A DNA stretch of 55,732 nt from Candidatus Uhrbacteria bacterium (GCA_943359325.1 CALRHD010000005.1:1-55732), one strand, 5' to 3'; positions 27,297 through 39,900 are shown, counted from the first letter of the stretch. Numbers and translations are program-made. Notes: a model not told the origin generated them from the letters alone.

Positions 27297-28276
27297 AAGT
27301 GCTTGTAACCGGCGGAGCAGGATTTATTGGTTCACATCTTGTTGACGCATTGGTGGCGCGTGGCGATGATGTGGTTATCGTCGATCATCATCGGCGTGAG
27401 AAAATGCGTTTCCCGAATAGGAAGGCGACGACGTATGTCATGGGCATCGACGACGTGCGGCTCGAAGAGATTTTTTTTGCAGAGCGACCGGACGCCGTGT
27501 GTCACTTAGCGGCGCAAATTAGCGTCACACATTCTCTTGCACAGCCTATTGACGACGCCGAAAAAAATATTATCGATAGCGTGCGTTTGCTCGACATCGC
27601 GCAGAAGTCCGGAGTCAAAAAGTTTGTTTTTGCGTCGAGTGGTGGCGCGATTTATGGCGACCACGCACTGCGTCCTACGCCGCTCGTTGAGGACGTATGG
27701 CCGAGCACGCCGTATGGCGTGGGCAAGCACATTTTCGAACGCTATCTTCATCAGTATTGGGCGCAATACGGTCTTCGCTACACGTCGCTGCGTTTTGCAA
27801 ATGTGTATGGCCCGCGTCAACAGGCGGGAAAAGGTGGCGAAGATGGCAGCGCGATCGCGATTTTCCTCCACAAGATTTTTTCGGGTGAGCCGATAACGAT
27901 TTTTGGTGACGGCAGTGCAACCCGCGACTATGTGTTTGTGAGCGACGCCGTGGACGCGTTGTGTCGTGCAATTGATTCGGATTTTGTGGGCGTGGTGAAC
28001 GTTGGCACCGCACAGGAAACGTCGGTGAAAAATTTGTATGATCTTCTTGTCAGCATGCACGGCAACGAACATCCGTTGACGTTTGCACCATTTCGGCACG
28101 GAGAAACATTACGGAGTGTATTGTCGTTTGACTCTGCACGTGAACATTTGGACTGGGAACCGATGACCGCAATTGACGATGGTCTACGAAAAACGTATGA
28201 ATGGTATGCGTACGTTCTTCTCGCTCAGAACCTTTCCTCCACTACACCTGCTGCGCTACGCCGTTTAGGCTCGTAA
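27293..28276 (+). CDS. NAD-dependent epimerase/dehydratase, second paralogue
   Basis: MKVLVTGGAGFIGSHLVDAL and YGVGKHIFE (YxxxK). ATGA overlap with the upstream gene. The last ~20 codons lie inside palindrome family B copy 1. Confidence 0.9.
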   Translation: MKVLVTGGAGFIGSHLVDALVARGDDVVIVDHHRREKMRFPNRKATTYVMGIDDVRLEEIFFAERPDAVCHLAAQISVTHSLAQPIDDAEKNIIDSVRLLDIAQKSGVKKFVFASSGGAIYGDHALRPTPLVEDVWPSTPYGVGKHIFERYLHQYWAQYGLRYTSLRFANVYGPRQQAGKGGEDGSAIAIFLHKIFSGEPITIFGDGSATRDYVFVSDAVDALCRAIDSDFVGVVNVGTAQETSVKNLYDLLVSMHGNEHPLTFAPFRHGETLRSVLSFDSAREHLDWEPMTAIDDGLRKTYEWYAYVLLAQNLSSTTPAALRRLGS

Positions 28277-28341
28277 ACTCGCCGACGGCTGGGCGACAGA
28301 CGTTTCGTGGAGAAAAAGTTCCTCGCTGAAGAACGTTCACG
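28210..28341. repeat. Long imperfect palindrome, family B, copy 1 (about 132 nt)
   Basis: gtacgttcttctcgctcagaacctttcctccac ... gtggagaaaaagttcctcgctgaagaacgttcac. The core cctgctgcgctacgccgtt..gtaaactcg.cgacggctg.gcgacagacgtt is shared with 52161-52290. Confidence 0.8.
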
Positions 28342-28356
28342 TGCGCCCAAAAATAT

Positions 28357-28962
28357 ATGCGTGTACTCACCCCCGAACAACTTGACGACGCGGTTGCCAT
28401 TCTGCACGAGGGTGGGGTTGTGGTGTACCCAACGGAAACGTCGTACGGTATGGGATGTGATGCAGAGAATGCCGACGCAGTTGCAAAAGTTTTTGCTATC
28501 AAGGGACGGCCAGTGAATAAAGGCGTGTCGATCATCGTGTCGTCGCTCACAGTAGCGTTGCGCTACATATATCTGCGGCCGTATTCTCGCCGCCTCGCGG
28601 AATATTATTGGCCAGGGCCGCTCACTATTGTTGCCGCGAAAATGCCATCGTCGCTCCTTGCGCCGCTTTGTGAACACGATGGCACGCATGCGGTTCGTGT
28701 GTCGTCGTGCCCTGTTGCCACCGCGCTCGCGGAAAAGTTTGGAAAGGCGATTGTTGCGACAAGTGCAAATATTTCTGGTGGTGGAGATGTGTATGACTCC
28801 TCAGAAGTTATCGCAACGTATGGGGATAGAACGTTACAACCCGACGCGTACATTGAGGCAGGAGTATTGCCGCGTACTCTTCCGTCGACGATCATTGAAG
28901 TGGGCGAGGAAGGAATTCATATTTTACGCCAAGGCGGCATTGTTGTTCGCAAAGTGTGGTAG
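28357..28962 (+). CDS. tsaC: L-threonylcarbamoyladenylate synthase (TsaC/YrdC/Sua5 family)
   Basis: GGVVVYPTETSYGMGCDA, KGRPVNKG, ATSANISG. Confidence 0.9.
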   Translation: MRVLTPEQLDDAVAILHEGGVVVYPTETSYGMGCDAENADAVAKVFAIKGRPVNKGVSIIVSSLTVALRYIYLRPYSRRLAEYYWPGPLTIVAAKMPSSLLAPLCEHDGTHAVRVSSCPVATALAEKFGKAIVATSANISGGGDVYDSSEVIATYGDRTLQPDAYIEAGVLPRTLPSTIIEVGEEGIHILRQGGIVVRKVW

Positions 28963-29795
28963 ATGCAAAAAAATCATTCGGCCAGCACTTTTTACGCGAC
29001 GCAACTGTTGTCGCTGCAATTCTTCGCGCTGCCGAGCCGGAGAAATTTTCGCTTATTGTTGAAGTGGGGCCGGGAAACGGCGTGCTTACAAGGGCGATAG
29101 TAAGGGAAAGTCAGTTTGCCCTTATTGAAGCTGATCGTGATCTCATTCCTGCTCTCGAGCAGGAGTTTCCGTCGGCAAAAGTTATTTTTGCTGATGCCGC
29201 GCGTGTTGACTATGCGGATATCTGTCGGCAACTGAGTCGTGGACAGTTGTCCGCCCCCACGGTTCGATGGCTTTTAGTGGGGAATCTGCCGTACAACGCC
29301 GCAAATGCGATTATCATGAATGCACTTGAGTCGGAGTGTCCGCCTGAACGCATGGTGGTGATGGTGCAAAAAGAAGTGGGGGAGCGCATGCTCGGATTGA
29401 CGCCGCAGTCGCGCGGTGTGTTGACGGTTGCGGTGCAGATGTATGCCGACGTTGAACGGATTTGTACCGTGAAGCCTGGCGCATTCGTTCCACCGCCGAA
29501 AGTCGACTCGATGGTTCTTCGACTGACAAAAGGCCGTCGAACGGCCTTTACCCCAGACCGCGTAATCGCACTGGCGAAAATTGGCTTCGCGAATCGTCGT
29601 AAACAGCTGCACCGTAATCTTGCCGACGCAGGTGTTGCGCCATCTGATGTCGTCAAAAAGCACCTTGTGGATATAGGGCTCACTGCTTCCGCCCGTGCCG
29701 AAGAACTTTCGATGGAGCAATGGGTGCATTTGTGCAGCGTGTTGCCGAAGCCCGAGCCTCGAGTGGTACTTTCCACGACTCGCGAAGGAAAATAG
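28956..29795 (+). CDS. rsmA: 16S rRNA (adenine1518/1519-N6)-dimethyltransferase
   Basis: KKSFGQHFL, VEVGPGNGVLT, VGNLPYN. GTG start overlapping the tsaC stop. The C-terminal ~15 codons lie inside palindrome family A copy 2. Confidence 0.92.
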   Translation: MVDAKKSFGQHFLRDATVVAAILRAAEPEKFSLIVEVGPGNGVLTRAIVRESQFALIEADRDLIPALEQEFPSAKVIFADAARVDYADICRQLSRGQLSAPTVRWLLVGNLPYNAANAIIMNALESECPPERMVVMVQKEVGERMLGLTPQSRGVLTVAVQMYADVERICTVKPGAFVPPPKVDSMVLRLTKGRRTAFTPDRVIALAKIGFANRRKQLHRNLADAGVAPSDVVKKHLVDIGLTASARAEELSMEQWVHLCSVLPKPEPRVVLSTTREGK

Positions 29796-29897
29796 CACGA
29801 TTCAGTCGTCGACTCCATGCAGGAATATATTCGACGATCGTAAGAGTGCTTCCGAGCGATGTCGGGGAAATGTACCCGAGAGGCGAAGGAGCGAGGC
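29745..29897. repeat. Long imperfect palindrome, family A, copy 2
   Basis: gcctcgagtggtactttccacgactcgcgaagg..gcacgattcagtcgtcga / tcgacgatcgtaagagtgc..gatgtcggggaaatgtacccgagaggc. Aligns to the reverse complement of 3663-3829. Confidence 0.8.
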
Positions 29898-29958
29898 TCT
29901 GAATCTATCCCCACACACCAATACACTGCGAGGTGTATTTTTGGTATACTTCTTTTGT

Positions 29959-30127
29959 CTTAGAGCCTGTTTGTAATCTTGCTTCCTGAGACATTTGGAT
30001 GATGTTTTGAGCGAAAAATCTGAAGGTCGACGAAACATAGTTAAAACTACGTTGAGAAGACATAAAGATTTTGCAGCCAAAACAGCGCCAAAGGGAGTCG
30101 GGAGAAAGATTATAAACAGGCTCTAAC
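29959..30127. other. 169-nt long imperfect hairpin closed by 20-nt inverted repeats; candidate structured RNA or MITE
   Basis: cttagagcctgtttgtaatc (29959-29978) matches the reverse complement of gattataaacaggctctaac (30108-30127) at 18 of 20 positions. Inner segments also pair: cttcc..tttgg/ccaaa..gggag, tgttttg/caaaaca, aaaatct/agatttt. Confidence 0.4.
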
Positions 30128-30138
30128 AGTAGGATTGC

Positions 30139-30882
30139 GTGTCTATGGATGAAGAACGCGTTGAGGTGACGTTGCCGGAACGGCCGGTTTTTACACGCGA
30201 ACAAAAAGCAGGGTACGCCGTTGTGATTGCATGCGGCGTTCTTGCGGTTACACTGGGCGTTTTTTACATGGGGAAGCACATCACGAGTCCGTTTGCAATA
30301 AATTACACAGGTGACCGTTTGTTGACGGGTGAAGCGGCGCGCGCCGCCGAAGTTACAGCGCAAAAATCGCTTGACACCGACTTGGACGGCATGAACGACT
30401 ACGACGAAATGAACGTCTACGGGAGCAGCCCGTATTTGAGTGATACCGACGGTGACGGCATGAATGACAACATGGAAATTACGTCGGGTGGTGATCCAAC
30501 GTGTGCAATCGGTGCCGCATGCAGCAACACAAACGATGCACTTATTGGCAACACCGTTTCTGCAGGCGATCTTTTGGAGGGGACAGGCGTGAGTGCCGCA
30601 GCCGCGACAACATCGATCGATCAAATCAAGCAGATGCTTACGAATATGTCGCCTGCAGATATTCGTACAATGCTTATCGACGCAGGCGGCGATGCAGCAC
30701 AAATTACCGCCATGAGCGATACCGAAGTGACTGCCATGTATGCAGAAACTGTTGCGCAGCTCGAATCTTCAGGCCAGCTCGACGCGATTATTGCGCAGAT
30801 TCAGCAAGCGCAAGCAACACCACCAGTGGTGGAAGAGACTCCTGACTCCAGCAGCCAGTCATTAGAGGCTGGTAGTCAGTGA
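30139..30882 (+). CDS. Membrane-anchored protein with thrombospondin-type-3-like Ca-binding repeats
   Basis: TM segment AGYAVVIACGVLAVTLGVFYM, then DTDLDGMNDYDE and DTDGDGMNDNME. GTG at 30139, or ATG at 30145. Confidence 0.7.
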   Translation: MSMDEERVEVTLPERPVFTREQKAGYAVVIACGVLAVTLGVFYMGKHITSPFAINYTGDRLLTGEAARAAEVTAQKSLDTDLDGMNDYDEMNVYGSSPYLSDTDGDGMNDNMEITSGGDPTCAIGAACSNTNDALIGNTVSAGDLLEGTGVSAAAATTSIDQIKQMLTNMSPADIRTMLIDAGGDAAQITAMSDTEVTAMYAETVAQLESSGQLDAIIAQIQQAQATPPVVEETPDSSSQSLEAGSQ

Positions 30883-30919
30883 TCCTGCTCCCTACAATCC
30901 TACCCTCCTACGAATACAT

Positions 30920-33900
30920 ATGCCCATCCGCTCTCACAAAAAATTCCTTCTCGGCTTCATGCTCGGAGTGTTGTTGTTGGTGCAAGGATTGGCGTTTATG
31001 CCAGAGCGGGTATTTGCACAAAACCAATCAAACACCGTGACAGACGCGCCGCGCCTTGCAGAATATGGCATTACTCATGGCGTTACGGAGCCTACAAAAA
31101 TGTCGCTTGTTGGTGCGATCTTCACCGCAATTGTCAACCTCCTCACTTTTGCGGCGAATCGTTTAGCATACGATGCCGCGGTCATGTTGGCTTCTGGTGG
31201 CGCTGACGAACAGCCGCTTATTGAGTTCCGCAGCCCTGAAGCATTTTTTGCCGACTACACTTCTGCAGTCGCCGGTGAAGCGATCGGTCAGTTGAACGCC
31301 ATCAACGCAAGCAACGGTGTGCTCACGAATTTCAATCTTTGTGCGCCAGACGCACAGATAATTCTTGCACTCAAACTCGGCATTAAGTCGTCGTTTCGTC
31401 GTCCGGAGCCGCGTTGTGACTTTAACGAAGTCAAAACAAACTGGAAGGGTTTTCTTGCGCAGGTCGCAGTTGATAATCCATCTGACCTCATAAAAAATGA
31501 AGTCATTCTTTTGCAGCTCAAAGACGCATTTGATCCGCAGGTAAATCAATTTTCTGTCGGCTTGCAGCTGTACAGCGACATTCTCGGACAGTCGAAATTG
31601 AATGCAGATATTTTCACGAGCAAGCTCCTCATGAACGGTCCAACGAAGGACGTTGTCGACGTCATAACGGGCAATGTCAAAACGCCCGCGTCGATGATTG
31701 ATTACGCATATAACGATAGCGCAGCAAAGGCAAAAGATGTCGATTTCGAGATCGCAAAGACGGTGCTCCAGAACACGGACACTCTTCTGCAGGTTGGTGT
31801 TTCGATGCTTTCTGTTTTTGCGAATACACTGCTTTCGTCGCTGACCGACAGATTATATACAGGACTTTTTGACTTTAATACGCCGACTGCCGATCCGTTT
31901 GACGCAGGCATGTTTACGTCTTCGAATCGCGCACAGGCACAACAACGTTTTCAATCCATTCTTTCTGTCGCGCCACTCGAGGTGACGAACTATAACGTAC
32001 TCGCTGACTTTTCAAGCTGCCCTTCGAATGCGCGTGGCCTTTACAACTGTGTTGTTGATACGTCGTTCGTGACTGCGGTTGCAAGAGCAAGTGCGGGTGT
32101 GCCGATGACACTTTCCGAGGCGGTTGATGATGGACTTATCGACAGCAGCTGGCCGCTCATTTCTTCGACCGACTCGGCACGCGACCAAGATCCGTATTGC
32201 TATACATACGGTTTTTGTCACAGCAATCTCGTAAAACTTCGCAAGGCACGCATTATCAGTATTGGGTGGGAACTTGCGGCAGAGTCGGGTGGAACGTCGA
32301 CGAACGACCCCGTGACACTCCAAGAAGTGATGGACGGTTTTTATGACTGCAACACGGTAGGTGAACTTGATGCGAACCATCCGTGGTGCAAATTGATCGA
32401 CCCTGACTGGGTGCTGAAGTACCCCGACACGCAGTGTAGGCAGTTGGTGTACGGGCAGCTCACAGAGTCGGCGGCAGCAGCAACGCGCAAACAAGAGTGT
32501 GTCGACTCACCAAGTTGCATTGATGAAGATTCCGACGGGAACTGCACGGGTGGTTACGGCTACTGCGTTCGCGAGGCAAATGTGTGGAACTTCCGCGGCG
32601 ACGCGTGCCCTGAATATGCTGCGTCGTGTTTGACGTTTACTGATCCACAGCGTGATGACGCAAGCTATTTGCTTAACACTGTTGACTACGGAACGTGCGA
32701 CGAAGGAAATGCAGGGTGCTTGTGGTACGCGACGCAAAAAGAAGAACAGACGGATGGGACATTCGCATGGCCAACTGTCGACAGCATCGAAACTGCGGAC
32801 GCCGAGAGCGACGCGTACAAAAATCGTTTGTATCTCACGGCGCAAGTTTCTGATTGTGACGAAGAAAACGGCAGGTGCAGCGAACTTGTGGAGCGCGATA
32901 ATGATTTGCGCTTGAATGCAATAGTGAACCCGAGTTTTGAAGACGACGCCGAAACAGATGGTGTTGCCGATGCGTGGACGTATTCCGGCACCGATGTTGC
33001 GTACGATACGTCGGGTACATATTCGTTGCACGGCGACGATGCGGTGAATCCGGGAGCGTCGGCGTTGTACGAAACGGGCATCACGATGGAGCAAGGTCGA
33101 ACGTACACACTTTCGTATTACGCTCGCCAAGAAGATGGCGGCACAGGCGAAGAAAGTAGTATTCTCATTGCATTCGATAATGACGACACAACTGAAGCTA
33201 TTGATGTGCGCGGCACGGCATATTCTGGTGACTGTGCATTATATGGCAGCGCGCGAAATATTTTGGAAGTCACAGGAACGCCGAGTAGCACAACCTACGA
33301 ACGCTACACCTGCACGTTGACGTCGCCGATTTTGGCCAATCGTGGCGACCAGCTTTTTGCCTACGTTCGTGTGAATCCTGCGAACGTGTGGGTTGACGAT
33401 CTCCAATTGGAACAAGGTGAGGACGCAAGCGCATACCACGAAGGGTACAGTACGTCGGATTTGTCGACGACGGTTGTGAAGGTGCCGCCTGCATATTTGG
33501 GCTGCACAGGGAACGCCGATACCGACTCTGCCGGCTGCGCGAATTACGCAGCAGTGTGTTTGGAAACCGAAGTGGGTTGCACGCAATATTCTCCTTCGAA
33601 TGGCGACCCCGACGTGTTCGGCATTACCGACGACAACGACGTGTGCCCATCGGCATGTGTGGGGTACGACACATTTAAACAAGAAGCAACGCTGTACGAA
33701 CCAAACGGTGATTTTCCTGTATACTTTATCCCGAGTACGGCCGAGGAATGCAGCGCAGAAGAGGTCGGTTGCGATGAATTCACAAAGCTCGACGATGAAA
33801 GTTTGGCGTATTTTACCTATGTTCGTGCATGTTTGACGACGTCGCAGGCCGATGCAAACACCGGCGGCGATCAATCGGCAACGTTTTATACATGGGAGGG

Positions 33901-36900
33901 TTCGGACTTGGATGGGTACCAGTTGAAAACGTGGAACCTGATGGAGTCGAACATGGATGGCTACACAACTGCGACGTACACGACGTCGGGACTTGCCGAA
34001 ACAAATCCCGGCCATGCGCCGTGTACGAGCTGGACGACAAACGGTAGCGGTGTGACGTGTGACGACGACGTGCTTTCTGCCATTGGCGATTTTGACACCG
34101 ACAGCAGCGACTGCGACGAACACGATGATATTTTCAGCAACCCAAGCTGTCGCGAATTTTACGATACGGATGGCAACATTCACTATCGCGATTGGTCGTT
34201 GACGGTGACGGTGAACAACGCGTGTACGAGTTATCGTAAAACCGATTTGGTCGGTCTCGGCGACGATGCCGACAGTGATGGAACAGATGATGGCAATGAA
34301 AACTGCACGCAATCAGGCGGCTACTTTGATGCAGTCACGAACGAGTGTCGCTATTACGGTTTCGCCGACGAAAGCGTGACGTGCGATGAAAGTGCGCATG
34401 GTTGCCGCAACTACACGGGTGGTCGCAGTCGCAATAGCAGCATCGTGCTCGAGGAATTATTCGAGGACGGAGATTTGACGAATTGGGACGCGCCATCAGC
34501 TATCGACGTGACGTATAGCAACGAGTCGATCGCGACAGACGGCCATTCGTTGGCGTCGACCGGTAAGGCGGTGTGGACGTATCTGTATGACAAAGGCACG
34601 GCATGCGCCGAAGAAGACGGCTGTGCTGCGGCAACGACCGGCACGCTCGGCGGCAACTGCACGGTTGAAAACGGCGCGCAGTATTGCGGTACGATCATTG
34701 ATACGTTGGTACAGGACAAAACCTATACGCTGACATTCTGGGCGAAGGGTACGGGCGACATCACGGCAGGTTTTGCGCTCGATGCCGTGCCTGACGTCAC
34801 AACATTTGCCCGCACCGACGCCGTGTTCGACACGGTTACACTTTCGACATCGTCGTGGCAGAAATACACGCTTGGTCCTTTGAATATCAGCAGTGATCGT
34901 TACGAAACATTTGGTGACAACACCGTGCTCGCGTTTATTCCGGAAAGTGGTGTGACGTTTTACGTTGACAACATCACACTCCGCCAAGGCGAAGATAATA
35001 TTACGCTCATTAAAGACTCGTGGGTTACGCCGGCATCGTGCGACGAAGCGGCCGACGGCACTGCGTCACCACAATATTATTTAGGCTGCCAAGAATATGT
35101 GACGCAAGACGGTGACATTGCAAATGTCAGTTCGTTCTCGGCGTTGTGTCGTGAGGAAGTTGTTGGCTGTGATGACTTCTTCGCGACGCACGAGTCCGAG
35201 TCGCCGTATGCACAAGTGTATGGTGCGACGTGTGCAACGCCAGATGGATTGCCCGTTGCAACCGCGACGGATTGCTACCGTGATGCAGGGGAAAGTTCGG
35301 ACGTCGTGACGGCAGAGGTTGAAGCGGCTGCGGCAGCGTCAACGTCGACGATGAGTGTAGACGATGCTGCGGCGCTCGTGTCGTCCACGTATTCCACGTT
35401 GCAATTCAGTGCGGTGCAGACTGCAGTGGGAGACGCATTGAGTGCGATTGATGGTAGTGCCGCAGCGCAGGCGGCCTACGATGCTGCATATGCGGCGTAT
35501 ATTGCAAGCGATGAATATGCGGCGTATCAGGATGCGCTCGATGCCTACGACGCCGCCGTTGCACTTGCCGCATTTACACCTGCACAGGAAGCATATGACG
35601 CCGCGCAAACAACATACGACGCTGCATTGGCGGTGTATACGGCGGCGCAAAGTGTGTACGACGCCGCGGTTGCTGCAGCAGGAACCGCGACAACGTCGAC
35701 CGACGCCGCGACTGCACTTGCGAACGCACAAGCCGCTGAGGCAACTGCACACGCAACACTTATTGCTGCTGCCGATGCAAATGACGCCGCACTTGTTATT
35801 TTAAATGTCGCCCGAGTTGCGTGGAGTAACGATGTACTCCTTACGCCGTTTGACCACTCCGACGAAGACCACGCGCTCGCCGCGGCTTATTATGCTGCGG
35901 TTGCTACGTACAACGCAGGTGGCACAGCTGATGCATACAATACGGCAAATGCGGCATATACCGCCGCACAAGAATTAACGGTTGCTGCGCAAGCGTTTTA
36001 TGACGCCAGTGCTACGCTCGATGCTGCCGATGCCGCGCAAACTTCCGCGTACGATGCCGCACATGCTCTTGACCTCGCCATGCAGGAAGCGAAGCGTAGG
36101 TTCGACGCTGCTCCGACTGATGCGGGCTTAGAAAGCGCATACGAATTTGCGTACGACGCGTATTGGTATGGCCCCGAGCTTGCTGCGTATCTCGCGTCTC
36201 AAACTGCGTACAACACGGCCGCCGATGATTACGAAATTGCCTACACCGCGTATCAGGATGCAGCCGACGCAGTAGTTTCGTCTGGCTATTCCGACGCAAC
36301 AGATACGTTCGACGCCGCGCAAGCAATTTACGACGATGCACTGGCGGCATACAACGATGCGCAAGCAACATACGACATTGCTGTTGCCGCATACGCCGCA
36401 TTTTTGGCGGATGTCGAAGCAGACGATGCCGCTGAAGCCGCGGCCGCTGCGGAAGCCGCAAGTGAAGAGAGCGGCGTCGACTATTCGACCGCGAGCTACG
36501 ACACGACGTCGCCGTACCTTTGCACGATTGGCGTTGGTGAAGCGTCGTGCAGTTTTGACGTCGACTACTACATTCCACGTTCTACATTCATCGATGCACA
36601 GGCGCATTTGAGTTACGGGCCGTCAACGCACATTGTGTCGGCCGACACGTCGCAATTCTTGGTTGTGAACGACGACGTCACCTGCAGCACCGCGGAGGCA
36701 GGGTGCACAGAGCTTGGATTGCCGACGTTTAGCGCCGACCGCCAAAATATTTCCGCAAGTACGTCCGTTTACCTCATAAACGACCCCGCGAGCTATGCCG
36801 ACATTCTGTGTAACCACGAAGATCTGTTCTGCCAAGCGTACGATACGGAAAATAAAGGCACGTTCTATTTTAAGGATCCTGTTGACCAAACATGCGAATA

Positions 36901-39900
36901 TCGCACCGACGTCACGATAAGCGGCAGTAACTATGATGGGTGGTTTAGAAATGGCGGCGATGATTTCTGCTACGGCACATGTACTGAGGGCGGCAACGCG
37001 TGTTCGAGCGACGCCGATTGTGGCAGCGGCGATTCGTGCAATACGGAGCAGGGCTCGTATGTGATTGGCGGCGACCAGTCCGGCATTTGGAATAACGGCG
37101 ATGCGGCGTATGGCGGGTGGGTCGGGAGTTGTGACGAGCAGTATAGCGGCTGCACAGAGTTCCAGGATTTGCTCGATATCGCCGAGGGTGATGTGTACGG
37201 AGCGGTCGACGGTGAGTCGTATTTCTACCTTGATAATTCGTCGCTCGAAGAAAGCACGCTTGCCGATGCACAGCGTTGCAATGGGCAGGCAAGTCAAAAA
37301 GCAGGCTGTGCGCTGTTCCACGACACAACCGACAGCAGCACCACGTCGAACATGAGTGCGACGTACGTTGCGAGTCAGCATGCCGACGCGCTGTTTGGTG
37401 ACGATCCATTCTCGCTTGTCGATCCTGTTGACTGCAGCAGCACGAGCGCGTCGACGATTACTGCCACGAACGGCACAAGTATTGACTTGTGTGCACAGCG
37501 TTGTGCATATCCGACCGCCGACGTGAACGACCTTACCGATCCGTCAGGAACAGGCAGTGTGTACGGCGCATCGTGTTACGAGGGCAATGACTGTGCGCCA
37601 ATTTTGAGCGAGGCAGGTGAGTATGTCGACGCAACCTGCGATACGAGTGACGACGTGACGCGTCTCGAAAACGACGCAAACCGCGTGGTGAAAGTGAACC
37701 GCGACCGCCAGTGCAGCGAATGGTTGACGTGTTCAGATACGCAAACGGTGTGGGACGAAGCAAGCAACAAATTCAAAACTGTGTGTGGCGACGTGTCGCT
37801 TTGCAACGAATATTCCGCGAGCGGCAATGCGTCGTTCTGCTCGTCGCCCGTTGCCGACAGTGTTGCAACAATCATCGACAGTGATCGCTACAGCGGTCGT
37901 GATGTGTCGTGGTATGGCGACGATTATTCTGGCTACGCCATTCCCGATAGTTTCCCGGTTGAACTTTTGACGCAAGTGTTGACGTCGCCACCCGCGGGGT
38001 TGTGCGACAACTCAGGTGCGATCAATTACGACGGTACGCCATTCGACTTCACCACGAGCACGGTGCATGGCACGGAGTGTGATATTGATACCGACTGCGA
38101 CGATGGCGCGAACCCTGATGCAGTCACCGGAGAAACATGCACGTTGAGTACCGAAACAGAAACATATGCGCTTACATTTAATGCGGGAAGCTGTACGGAA
38201 AGTTATGGTGTGAGTTGCACTATCGGCTACTGCGAAAACACGGGTGAGGCATGTGCAGCACAGGCAGAATGCGGCACTGACGCAGGCGACTGTGTGACGG
38301 GCATTTGCTATGACGTCGATACGGCGTCAACATGTACCGTCGACAGTCAGTGCAACAGCGGCTTCTCGTGCTTGAGCGGGACGTGTGTTGACGAAAAAGG
38401 ATCGCTTCCCGTTGAAGATGCAACATGTGCCGATGCAGGCTATACCGCACGTGTGGGAACATTGACGCTGTACCAAAGTGTGCTCGCAAAACTCGGCACC
38501 TGTGTGCGAGAGAGTTGTTTGTTGACGCAAGATGGCCAGCCGTTCGACGTGACGAATGAAGAAACGAAACTTTGTCGTGCGCATCCCGAAGCGAATAGTC
38601 CATTCCCGAACGAAGTGGTCGAAGAATGGAAGTACATTAAAAATTCTGATGCGCCAGCAGGTGTATGGAACGGTACGTCGTCAACAACGAGTGACGTGGC
38701 CGAGATTGACTCCGATACGATAGGCGGTTCGGCTTCGGCAGCGTTCAGTACATTGTCGGGCTTTGGGAATGTCCAATTGTGTAGCCCGAACGAAGATTGT
38801 TCGTGCTCATATAAAAAAATCACATACGGAGACAGCGGCGATACGAAGTTTTTGGCGCTCGACTCGTCGCTCGACGAAAACCTGATAGGCGTGTGCAATG
38901 GTGGCGATTTCAATGGTGCATTTTGCAGTTCTTCGGCGACGTATTATGGGGCGTCGGAGAACCATATCGGCAATGAGGTGGTCAACGAAACAACGTGCAC
39001 AGGCGGTGAAGGGGTTTGCAACTACCCCACACGTTCCGACGCGTTGCTTGGTATGGACGGCTATTGTTTGGAGCACGATACTGCAACAAATATTCACGGA
39101 AATCGCGACGCCGACCACCGTGCGTGTCTCACATGGTTGCCCGTCGACCAGCTTGTGGGTTCCACGGATTTGCATGCGAAGTATAAGAGTGCAGGCTTCT
39201 TTGGTGATACCTACGCTTGCGTCGAAACACGGCCGTATGTGGACCTACCAATTAGCAATTATGGGTCAAATCCTGGAGATACCGCATGTGCAGAATTGAA
39301 CGATAGTGCGGCTGGTTGTGATGCGGGGGAAGATTGGACGAGTCACCTGACAAGTTGCGCAGAAAATGTGGTTTGTCCTGAAAACTATTTCGCCATTTTG
39401 GGCGCGTGTTCATGGGATGACGCTACGTCAGATAACACCCTTGCAGATTCGTGTGTTGATGCGGGATACAACGACTGCCCTTACGTTTGCGTTCCAGAAG
39501 ATGCGCATACGCCAGAGGGCGGAGATTGTAATCCTGCAGACGCGGATAATGATGGAATTGCCGATAACTATGATCTGCAAACGAGAAGTGGGAGTGGTAC
39601 GCTCGTATATGGATGGGTAAACGGCGCGTTAAGCGACGTTGAGCCTTCAAATACAGATTATCAGGCATTCGACGATGTCATCACAGGGGTTTACAAAGAG
39701 TGTGTTGCAAAAGGCGTGCAAATAGATGCGAATAATGTTGATAGTGATATCCTGGATTTTCCAGGAACGAATGAAACTACCGCAGGCCCCGATGAGGCGT
39801 ATAGATATTTGAGCATGACGCAAAAATATAGCGTTGATATATATCCTGCGTGCAAAATATTGTTACGCGTTACCGATGACGATCAAGGGTTTGCGTGGAC

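Noticed and set aside
29905-30702. 265-aa minus-strand ORF
   Set aside because: It is antisense to the TSP3-repeat membrane protein (30139-30882), which has a TM segment and recognisable Ca-binding repeats. The minus-frame product is Cys/Arg/His-rich junk.
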